Source of the DNA: Syntrophaceae bacterium
GTDB taxonomy: Bacteria > Desulfobacterota > Syntrophia > Syntrophales > Smithellaceae
Length of the DNA: 64,000 nt
Assembly: GCA_009773315.1 (NCBI GenBank)
Contig: WRPE01000022.1
Span: forward strand, 3,266 to 67,265
Reading direction: 5' to 3'
In this document: positions 36,807-44,927 of the stretch, one piece after another
Numbering within the stretch: the first letter of the stretch is position 1
Layout: each line of letters begins with the position of its first letter
The notes under the pieces: model-generated
Database searches by the model: none
What the model was told of the DNA's origin: nothing
The model's input: the letters and a program-made list of their open reading frames with translations, nothing else
Made by a program: the position numbers and the translations under genes

Positions 36807-38705
36807 ATGAAACCAATCGAAATAACCGATTATGATGTTTTGCCGACAGTGAACTATCCTTCGGACATCCGGAAACTCAATCTAGCGGAGCTCAATAAAC
36901 TGGCTCAGGAAATACGAACCCTCATCATCAACACAGTGGCTTTGTCGGGTGGCCACCTGGCTTCATCGCTGGGAACGGTGGAACTGACGCTGGCGTTGCA
37001 CTATGTTTTCGATACGCCGGAAGACAGGCTCATCTGGGATGTTGGCCATCAGTCTTATGCGCACAAGATTGTCACCGGTCGGAAGGAAAAGTTCCCGACC
37101 CTGCGCCGCAAGGGCGGCCTCAGCGGCTTTCCCAAACGTGAAGAAAGCGTCTATGATGCCTTTAATGTCGGGCACAGCGGCACCTCCATTGCGGCGGCGG
37201 CAGCCTTTGCCGAATCCCAGTGTTTGAAGGGCGGGCACGCCAAAGCCATCGCGGTGATCGGCGACGGCTCCCTGACCACCGGCATGGCGTTTGAAGGCTT
37301 GAATTGGTCGGGTGACCGCAACAAAGACTTGATCATCATTTTAAATGACAATGAAATGTCCATTTCTCCCAATGTCGGCGCGCTCTCCTCTTATTTGAAC
37401 AGAATGATGACCGGTGACAGGGTTACCAAATTTAAATCCGAGCTGAAAACTTTTCTCAAAAATATTCCCAGTATCGGCGAACAGATTTTCAAATTTTCGA
37501 AACAAATCGAGGAATCGCTGAAAACCTTTGTTGTTCCCGGCGCCCTGTTTGAGGAACTTGGTTTCACTTACGTCGGGCCGCTGGAAGGACATCGCCTGGA
37601 CTACCTCATTAAGAATTTTGAAAACGTCAAGAAATTAAAAGGGCCGGTGCTGGTGCACGTCATCACGCAAAAAGGCCGGGGCTACAAATTTGCGGAAGAA
37701 AATTCACCAACCTATCACGGCATTGCGCCCTTTGATGTGGAAACCGGACTGACGATTCCCTCGGCAAACACCGCGCCTTCTTATACGGAAATATTTGGTC
37801 AGACACTTATCGAACTGGCTTCTTCCGATTCCCGCATCGTTGCCGTGACCGCCGCCATGTGCGAGGGCACGGGCCTGGACGAATTTCGACGGAAATTTCC
37901 CAAGTGTTTATATGATGTCGGCATTGCCGAACAGCTTGCCGTTACCTTTGCCGCCGGTCTGGCCATTGAAGGGCTCAGGCCTGTTGTGGCCATTTATTCC
38001 ACCTTTCTCCAGCGCGCTTATGATCAGATTCTACACGATGTCTGCCTGCAAAAACTGCCGGTGATCTTTGCCATCGACCGCGCCGGTTTTGTCGGAGAAG
38101 ACGGCGCAACGCATCAGGGGCTGTTTGATTTTTCCTATCTGCGCAATCTTCCCCATCTGGTCATGATGGCCCCGAAAGACGAAAACGAACTCAGGCACAT
38201 GCTCAAAACGGCCATCGGGTGCGACTCGCCCGTATCCATTCGCTACCCGCGTGGCAAGGGCGTTGGTGTGCCCCATGAGGGCGAACTTTCGATATTGCCC
38301 ATCGGCCGCGGTGAGGTGCTGCACGAGGGCTCGGATCTGGCGATTATTGCTGTGGGAGTCACCGTTCATCCGGCGCTGGCAGCCGCCCGTAAGCTGGCGA
38401 ATGAAGGAATTCAGATTAAAGTCATCAACGCCCGGTTTATTAAACCGCTCGATTCGGAATTGTTATTAAGCACAGCGGCATCCATTCATAAAATTCTGAC
38501 TATCGAAGAAAATGTTCTGGACGGTGGATTCGGCAGCGCCGTCCTGGAATTACTCGCCCGAAACGGCGTAAAGGATGTAGCGGTCCGACGTTTGGGCATT
38601 GAGGATGGATTTATCGAACACGCCACGCAGGCCGAGTTGCGCTCTCAGTATGGCCTCGATGAAGCGGGCATCATCCGGGCGGCAAAAGAAATGCTGGAGC
38701 AATAA
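36807..38705 (+). CDS. dxs: 1-deoxy-D-xylulose-5-phosphate synthase
   Basis: GGHLASSLGTVELTLALHYVF, GHQSYAHKI, GDGSLTTGMAFEGLN, in the typical xseB-ispA-dxs context. Confidence 0.96.
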   Translation: MKPIEITDYDVLPTVNYPSDIRKLNLAELNKLAQEIRTLIINTVALSGGHLASSLGTVELTLALHYVFDTPEDRLIWDVGHQSYAHKIVTGRKEKFPTLRRKGGLSGFPKREESVYDAFNVGHSGTSIAAAAAFAESQCLKGGHAKAIAVIGDGSLTTGMAFEGLNWSGDRNKDLIIILNDNEMSISPNVGALSSYLNRMMTGDRVTKFKSELKTFLKNIPSIGEQIFKFSKQIEESLKTFVVPGALFEELGFTYVGPLEGHRLDYLIKNFENVKKLKGPVLVHVITQKGRGYKFAEENSPTYHGIAPFDVETGLTIPSANTAPSYTEIFGQTLIELASSDSRIVAVTAAMCEGTGLDEFRRKFPKCLYDVGIAEQLAVTFAAGLAIEGLRPVVAIYSTFLQRAYDQILHDVCLQKLPVIFAIDRAGFVGEDGATHQGLFDFSYLRNLPHLVMMAPKDENELRHMLKTAIGCDSPVSIRYPRGKGVGVPHEGELSILPIGRGEVLHEGSDLAIIAVGVTVHPALAAARKLANEGIQIKVINARFIKPLDSELLLSTAASIHKILTIEENVLDGGFGSAVLELLARNGVKDVAVRRLGIEDGFIEHATQAELRSQYGLDEAGIIRAAKEMLEQ

Positions 38706-38743
38706 GCTCACGGACTTATCAGACGGATCATTTAAAAAAGGAA

Positions 38744-41668
38744 ATGAACATGAAAAAGAAGAGTTTTTTGCACATGGTTTTAAGCTTGCTTGTGGTTGCC
38801 GTGATATTCGGCCTCGTGCCGGATGCCGCTTTTTCACAAGACAGAATGAGCGCAAGAAGGGGAAGTACGGCAATCCCTGCTGAAACGCCGGCTGTTTCCG
38901 CCCCCGTTACAGGTATCGACGCAGCATCTCCGGTCCAGGCAGCGCCGACTGCGGCGATTGTTCCCGGAGCAAAGGTTTGGTTTGGCGCAACCGTTCAACC
39001 CGTCACGGGAAAAGACATGCGGCTTATTAACATGCAATATGGAAGGTGGCCGGTTGTTTTTGTTTCAGCGTTGGCAAAAAACAGTCCGGCGGAACAAATG
39101 GGCATCCAGCTAAACGATATTATTCTTTCCGTCAATTACAAGGACATTAAATCGGCCAATGAGTTTCACGATGCCATTGCCGCTTTAAATCCCGGCGATA
39201 AAATAGTCTTATTGGTTGCACGTTCCGGTGAAAAGGCTCAATTTATGTCCGGAACGGTGGGGCCTCTTCCCGGCGGTACCCTAACAGTAACGGCCGCGAC
39301 GGCCCCCGCTGCGGCTGCGCCGGCGGTTTCCGACGCCGACATAGCGGCCAAGATTTTTGCGCCGACGGGGCCTCATAGAGTCCTGGCCGTAGGTGTATCC
39401 ACTGACGGTAAATATGTCATCTCGGGGGGAGATATGAAAAATTCTCTCAAGCTTTGGGATATTTCAACGGGCAAAGAGATCGGGACATTGATCGGACATA
39501 CGGAAAACAGGATCACCGCCGCAACCTTCTCCCCTGATGGGAAATATGCACTATCCGGGAGCTTCGATAAAACGGTCAGAATCTGGGACGTTTCAACGGG
39601 CAAAGAGATGAGAACATTGACGGGACATGCCGGATTGATTCTTTCCGTGGCTTTTTCTCCTGACGGAAGGTATGCAGCGTCAGGCAGCAGGGATAATACG
39701 CTCAAGATATGGGATGTTGCCACAGGCAAAGAGGTCCACACGCTTTCCGGACACGGGGATGGAGTCAGTACCGTTGTCTTTTCTTCGGACAGCCGATACG
39801 TCCTCTCGGGAAGCTTCGATAAAACCGTCAAGCTCTGGGACAGCGCTACAGGCAAAGAGATCAGGACATTGACGGGACATGCCTATCAGGTTGCTTCTGT
39901 AGCGTTTTTCCCTGATGGGAAACATGTTATTTCACGCAGCGGAGATAGAATCATTAAAGTATGGGATATATCCTCCGGCAGAGCGATAAGGACATTTTCC
40001 GCCGACACGCTCAATGCGGACGGCACTGCTAGCGGCAGTCAGGGGATCCGTACGGGAGCATTTTCGCCGGACGGGCAGTATATGCTGACGGCAAGAATTT
40101 TTGGCGGCCTTATCTCATTATGGGATGTGGCGACAGGCAGGGAAATCAGAAGATTCACGGGGCATTTGGGAGATGTTCCCACCCTGGCTTTTTCCCGTGA
40201 TGCAAAAAGTTTTATTTCCGGCGGCTATGACGGCACCATCAGATGTTGGGATATAGAAACGGGCAAAGAAATTGCCCGTTTCATCAGTTTAAAAGACGGA
40301 GAGTGGATCGTTTTGACCCCCGAGGGCTATTACAATGCATCCTTGAACGGCCACAAATATCTCAATATCAGCATGGGCAATAAGATTTATGGCATCGACC
40401 AGTTCTATGATGTCTTTTATCGTCCTGATATTGTTGCCGCAAAACTTCGAGGCGATGATATCAGTAGTCTGATCACGCTGACGATTGATGAAGCGCTCAA
40501 AAATCCGCCGCCGACAGTTGAATTTTCCTCCGTGCCGTCACAGACGGACCAGCCAAAGGTCAAGATATGCTATCAGGCAAAAAGCACAGGCGGCGGCATC
40601 GGCGAGGTGCGTTTATTTCACAACGGCAAACTTATCCAATCGGATGGTTATTACCGGGAAGTCGCCAAAACATCGACCGGCACAACGCAACTGGCTTCGC
40701 TAAACAGCCGGTCCATCTATGCCGACATGAGAAGCATCAACATTAAAGCCAAGACAGACGCTGCATTTATCGCCAGTCAGGCCAAAGGAGATCGCTTTGA
40801 AGACTGCAGGGAAATCGACGCGATTGCCGGTGAAAATGAGGTTTCCGTCTCCGCTTTCAATGCCGGCAACACCGTCCAGAGCTACATGAAAACCCTTAAA
40901 TTCAACTCCGGAATCAAATCGGAGGCCCCCCATCTCTATATTTTTTCCATCGGGATAGATCAGTACAAAGACAGCAGCATCAATCTCAAATATGCCGTTA
41001 AGGACGCCAGAGAACTGGAGGCAAAAATCAAAACCCAGTCCGCCACACTGTATCAGCCCCAAAACATTCATTATTCACTGGTGACGGACCAGGAGGCCAA
41101 TAAAACAAATATTATCAACAAAATCAATGCACTGGCCAATACCATCAAGCCCCAGGACAGCTTTATCCTCTTCGTGGCCGGTCACGGTGTGCTGTTGCAG
41201 AACCAGTATTACATGCTGACCCATGATTTCAACGGACAGGTTAATGATACCAATATGATCAGCTCCAACGAGATTGTCGAGATGTCCAAGAAAATAAGAT
41301 CTCTGAGCCAGTTATTGATCTTCGACACCTGCCATGCGGGTGGCGTGGACACGATCATCAGCGGTCTTTACGATGCCCGAATGTCTGTTCTGGCCAAGAA
41401 GATGGGCCTTCATATTTATGCCTCGGCCAATGACAAACAGGCGGCGATGGACGGCTACAAGGGCAACGGTCTCTTCACCTATACCCTGCTGGACGGTTTG
41501 AACAACAATAAGGAAGCCGACAAATATAAAGACGGGAAGGTCAGCATCGTGGGTTTGGGAGAGTATACAAGGAAAATGACCACGACGATATCCAAAGAAA
41601 TCGGACACAGCCAGACCCCGTTAATTATCAATTTCGGGAAAGACAGCCCGATCTATAAATTGCAGTGA
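38744..41668 (+). CDS. Secreted PDZ - 7-bladed WD40 propeller - beta-sandwich - caspase-like (peptidase C14) fusion protein
   Basis: Sec signal (LVPDAAFS-QD). PDZ-like segment (VVFVSALAKNSPAEQMGIQLNDIILSVNYKDIKS...PGDKIVLLVARSG). Seven WD repeats (SPDGKY..SGS.DKT..IWD). C14 dyad FVAGHG (His codon 41183-41185) and IFDTCHAGG (Cys codon 41330-41332). Confidence 0.8.
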   Translation: MNMKKKSFLHMVLSLLVVAVIFGLVPDAAFSQDRMSARRGSTAIPAETPAVSAPVTGIDAASPVQAAPTAAIVPGAKVWFGATVQPVTGKDMRLINMQYGRWPVVFVSALAKNSPAEQMGIQLNDIILSVNYKDIKSANEFHDAIAALNPGDKIVLLVARSGEKAQFMSGTVGPLPGGTLTVTAATAPAAAAPAVSDADIAAKIFAPTGPHRVLAVGVSTDGKYVISGGDMKNSLKLWDISTGKEIGTLIGHTENRITAATFSPDGKYALSGSFDKTVRIWDVSTGKEMRTLTGHAGLILSVAFSPDGRYAASGSRDNTLKIWDVATGKEVHTLSGHGDGVSTVVFSSDSRYVLSGSFDKTVKLWDSATGKEIRTLTGHAYQVASVAFFPDGKHVISRSGDRIIKVWDISSGRAIRTFSADTLNADGTASGSQGIRTGAFSPDGQYMLTARIFGGLISLWDVATGREIRRFTGHLGDVPTLAFSRDAKSFISGGYDGTIRCWDIETGKEIARFISLKDGEWIVLTPEGYYNASLNGHKYLNISMGNKIYGIDQFYDVFYRPDIVAAKLRGDDISSLITLTIDEALKNPPPTVEFSSVPSQTDQPKVKICYQAKSTGGGIGEVRLFHNGKLIQSDGYYREVAKTSTGTTQLASLNSRSIYADMRSINIKAKTDAAFIASQAKGDRFEDCREIDAIAGENEVSVSAFNAGNTVQSYMKTLKFNSGIKSEAPHLYIFSIGIDQYKDSSINLKYAVKDARELEAKIKTQSATLYQPQNIHYSLVTDQEANKTNIINKINALANTIKPQDSFILFVAGHGVLLQNQYYMLTHDFNGQVNDTNMISSNEIVEMSKKIRSLSQLLIFDTCHAGGVDTIISGLYDARMSVLAKKMGLHIYASANDKQAAMDGYKGNGLFTYTLLDGLNNNKEADKYKDGKVSIVGLGEYTRKMTTTISKEIGHSQTPLIINFGKDSPIYKLQ

Positions 41669-41812
41669 AAAGTAAAAACCCGTTGACAAACGGTTATACC
41701 ATCAAATTAGGAAGCCAAGGGGCGGAATTAAGTGTTGTGTCCCCGGAATTCACTCATAGGGTTTCTGATGGGACAACCTGCAGGGATTAATGCAGTAAAC
41801 AGAGGAGGGTTT

Positions 41813-44146
41813 ATGTCTGCTTATCGAAAAATATTGGTAGTGTTTTTGGCACTTATTCTTTCTTCATGTATGGCCAAGCCTGTTCTTACAGTGAAGGACG
41901 CTAATATGTCGCGGGAGATTAAACAAAAAGCGCCGATTGTGAGCAAAATTGATATCTCTCCGGATGGACGTTATGCATTAACAGGCAGCTTCGACTCATT
42001 TATTTTATGGGATATTCAACGGGGGAAAAAACTGGGAACTTTCATGCATAAGGGTTCTTTAGATCCGATCAATGTAGCTTTTTCGCCTGATGGAAAATAT
42101 TTTGCATCAGGGGGTAAAGGAACCAAACTCTGGAATTTCGCTACCGGCGAAGAAATCATGACTTTTGATGAAGAGGATGCCGCATCCGTTGTTTTTTCTC
42201 CGGATGGAAAGCACCTTTTATCCGGCGGCCCCAACCTCAATTTCAATCCGTTTGTTAAAGACAAAGAATCCCGGATGAAGATTTACCGCGTCTCGACAGG
42301 CGAACTGGTCCGTGACTTCAAGCTGAAAATTCCTCAACGGATCTACTCGGTGGCCTATTCGCCCGACGGCCGGCGGATTTTATCCGGCGACAGCGCCGGG
42401 CAGATGAAGCTTTGGGACATTGCCAGCGGACGGGAAGTCACCAGCGTCATGGCGACGCGCGGCTTCGTCAAGGTTGTCCGTTCCCTCGCCTTCTCGCCCG
42501 ACGGCCGGCATGCCGTGTCCGGTGGATCCGATAATCGCGTCATCATTTGGAATGCCACTGATTTAACCCCGATCAAGACGTTCGTCAGCCCGGACAGTTC
42601 CACCGGTCTTCTTTCCGGAATCCAATCGGTTGCATTCTCTCCCGACGGGAAATACGTTTTGTCGGGAAGAATGGATGGCAAGATCAATATATGGGATATC
42701 GCGTCGGGATCGGAATGGAAAAATCTCAGCGGGCATTCCTCCTGGGAGTACGGTACTTCGGCCAAATATTTTTCCGATGGCAGGCATGTGATATCCGCCG
42801 GAGATGCCTCCACAAGAATATGGGATGTCGCCGCCGGTGAAGAAGTTGCTTCAATGATTGCCTTTGAAGACGGTGAATGGATTGTAACTACAGCTAACGG
42901 TTATTACAACTCCTCTCCTAAAGGCGATCAGTATCTCAATGTAAAAGTCGGTGGCAAAGATTATACCATCGAGCAGCTGCGGGAAAGCTTTTACCGCCCC
43001 GATGTTGCTATGGCCGCTCTTTCCGGTGGGTCTTTGAAGGGTCTCAAAAACGTAGCGAATGTAAAACCGCCTCCTGATGTAGCGATAGTGGATACGCCCA
43101 AAAGCATTGATAAGAGCGACGCCGCCATCACCTTGAAAATTACCGATACCGGCGGAGGGATTGGCGATATTCGTCTTTATCTCAATGGCTCAGCAGTAAT
43201 GCTGGATAGCACCAGAGGCGTAAAGATTGTCACAGCTAATCAGAACGAAATATTTAAAACATATAAACTAAAACTTTCCAGTGGCCTAAACTCCATACGG
43301 GCTATTGCTTTTAATGCCGACAATACCATGCAAAGCTCAGGCGCTATTTATGAAATAACCGCATCATTTAAATCCACCGGCAAACCTTCTCTTTATGCTC
43401 TGGTCATCGGCATCAACGAATATAAGAACCCCAAGCTGCAACTTAACTATGCTGTTGCCGATGCCACACTCTTTGCCAATACCCTGAAGAAAGTCGCATC
43501 AGCTCTATTTGACAAGGTCGAAGTAAAAACTCTTTCTTCCACAGAAGAGACAACAAGAGAAAACATCTTAAAAGAACTGAAAGCCATGCAGTCTTTAAAT
43601 CCTGATGACTTGTTTGTCTTGTATGTAGCCAGCCACGGCACAGTTGATGATGGAGAATATTTTCTGATCACCTCCAATGTTGGATCAACACGAACAGAGA
43701 AACTAAAAACCGACGCCATTGGTCAAACAATATTCAAGGAACTTGTAGGCAATATCCCGGCCACAAAAAAGCTGATCATCATTGACACCTGCAATGCGGG
43801 AGCTTTAGGTGAGGCCATCCAGGTAGCGATGCTGACGCGCGGCATGAGCGAGGATACGGCAATGAAGATCCTGAGCCGGGCGGTAGGCTCAACCATTCTT
43901 TCGGCATCTACTTCTCTTCAGGAAGCGCTGGAAGGATATCAGGGTCATGGATTATTCACTTATGTCCTGACAGAAGGATTAAAAGGAAAAGCCGACAAGG
44001 GAAATACAGGTTATGTGAGGACAACCGAGCTTGCCGATTATGTGGATAATGAAGTGCCCATGCTTGCCGAAAAGATATTCAAGAAAGCCCAGTATCCCAC
44101 AATATCAATCAGCGGCCAGGCGTTCCCGATTGGGAAGGTGAGGTAG
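41813..44146 (+). CDS. Lipoprotein WD40 propeller - beta-sandwich - caspase-like (peptidase C14) fusion protein (paralog of the preceding gene)
   Basis: The start is trimmed to MSAYRKILVVFLALILSSC (lipobox), with a GGAGGG RBS. It has WD repeats. The linker GEWIVTTANGYYNSSPKGDQYLNV...FYRPDV is shared with the upstream protein. The dyad is YVASHG (His codon 43634-43636) and IIDTCNAGALG (Cys codon 43790-43792). Confidence 0.8.
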   Translation: MSAYRKILVVFLALILSSCMAKPVLTVKDANMSREIKQKAPIVSKIDISPDGRYALTGSFDSFILWDIQRGKKLGTFMHKGSLDPINVAFSPDGKYFASGGKGTKLWNFATGEEIMTFDEEDAASVVFSPDGKHLLSGGPNLNFNPFVKDKESRMKIYRVSTGELVRDFKLKIPQRIYSVAYSPDGRRILSGDSAGQMKLWDIASGREVTSVMATRGFVKVVRSLAFSPDGRHAVSGGSDNRVIIWNATDLTPIKTFVSPDSSTGLLSGIQSVAFSPDGKYVLSGRMDGKINIWDIASGSEWKNLSGHSSWEYGTSAKYFSDGRHVISAGDASTRIWDVAAGEEVASMIAFEDGEWIVTTANGYYNSSPKGDQYLNVKVGGKDYTIEQLRESFYRPDVAMAALSGGSLKGLKNVANVKPPPDVAIVDTPKSIDKSDAAITLKITDTGGGIGDIRLYLNGSAVMLDSTRGVKIVTANQNEIFKTYKLKLSSGLNSIRAIAFNADNTMQSSGAIYEITASFKSTGKPSLYALVIGINEYKNPKLQLNYAVADATLFANTLKKVASALFDKVEVKTLSSTEETTRENILKELKAMQSLNPDDLFVLYVASHGTVDDGEYFLITSNVGSTRTEKLKTDAIGQTIFKELVGNIPATKKLIIIDTCNAGALGEAIQVAMLTRGMSEDTAMKILSRAVGSTILSASTSLQEALEGYQGHGLFTYVLTEGLKGKADKGNTGYVRTTELADYVDNEVPMLAEKIFKKAQYPTISISGQAFPIGKVR

Positions 44147-44266
44147 AGGCGGGGAATGGGGTCAAATCTTTACGGCCTGTTGCCCAAATACCTTTTTTAC
44201 AACCTTTTTGGTACAGAACTTACATATCCGTGTATAGCGAACAATGATTCTTTGCCAAAACGGTAA

Positions 44267-44540
44267 ATAGAATACGATAAAGAAGAAAGAAATATTCTTG
44301 ATGCGTTAGAAAAGGGCAAGATGAAGCTTGCTACGCCATCAAAAAAAGAAATAGAATCGATTAAGGCAGCGGCAAATAACACACTTAAAAAAGACAAGCG
44401 TATAACGATTCGCCTGTATGACCATGACTTTGTTGGTATTCAAAAAAAAGCCATGGAGATGGGTATGACAATACCAAACGCTTATTTCCGGCATCATTCA
44501 CCGTTACATAGAAGGTGATATAAAAATAAAGACCGGATAA
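44267..44540 (+). pseudogene. Decayed RHH (CopG/BrnA-like, COG5304-type) antitoxin gene
   Basis: The frame reads (ATA)EYDKEERNILDALEKGKMKLATPSKKEIESIKAAANNTLKKDKRITIRLYDHDFVGIQKKAMEMGM. After a 1-nt shift near 44468-44472, the family-typical C-terminus YQTLISGIIHRYIEGDIKIKTG* continues in another frame. No ATG is present at the expected start; ATA follows an in-frame TAA. Confidence 0.55.
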
Positions 44541-44682
44541 CATCGCGCTTCACGGGATCTTTAGTGAAAACGGGGTCAAATCTTTAATCTTGTGATGTAC
44601 CAAGGGACGAATGTACCAGTAATTCTGAGGACATAACACTTAATTTATTGACTACTGCAAAAGAATACTTTAGACATCTTCC

Positions 44683-44800
44683 ATGTCTAGAATATCAAGA
44701 ATAGTTGCCGTAGATTATCCGCATCACCTTGCACAGCGCGGTGTTCGTTCCATAGATATCTTTCATGGCGACAACGACAGGAAGGTAGTGTCAAGAATCT
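44683..44800 (+). pseudogene. N-terminal fragment of an IS200/REP-associated tyrosine transposase (RAYT, COG1943-like)
   Basis: MSRISRIVAVDYPHHLAQRGVRSIDIFHGDNDRK matches the conserved N-terminus (R..R....PHH.TQRG......F..D.DR). The remainder of the 138-aa ORF has no family resemblance. Confidence 0.5.
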
Positions 44801-44927
44801 TTCGCACTTTTTATTTTAGTAATCCAACAATCCGGTTGTTGGTAAGCCAACCCTTAATCATCTTGACCAATGCAAGAAAAAGCTTTAAGCATTTTTCCAG
44901 AATATCAAGAATAAAAGGAGGAGAATT

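Noticed and set aside
38744-44146. Apaf-1/STAND-like or gasdermin-linked cell-death or defence system
   Set aside because: Neither protein has a P-loop/NB-ARC/NACHT segment. No gasdermin-sized partner gene is adjacent. Both proteins carry export signals, which argues against a cytoplasmic abortive-infection role. They are kept as an uncharacterised extracytoplasmic system.
44153-44266. 36-codon ORF (MGSNLYGLLPKYLFYNLFGTELTYPCIANNDSLPKR) as the toxin partner of the decayed antitoxin
   Set aside because: I can recognise no resemblance to RelE/ParE, HigB or BrnT toxins. It is too short and starts inside a direct repeat. It is probably non-coding scar sequence.
44197-44397. 66-aa minus-strand ORF
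   Set aside because: It is antisense to the antitoxin remnant, with a low-complexity Ser/Phe/Leu-rich translation.
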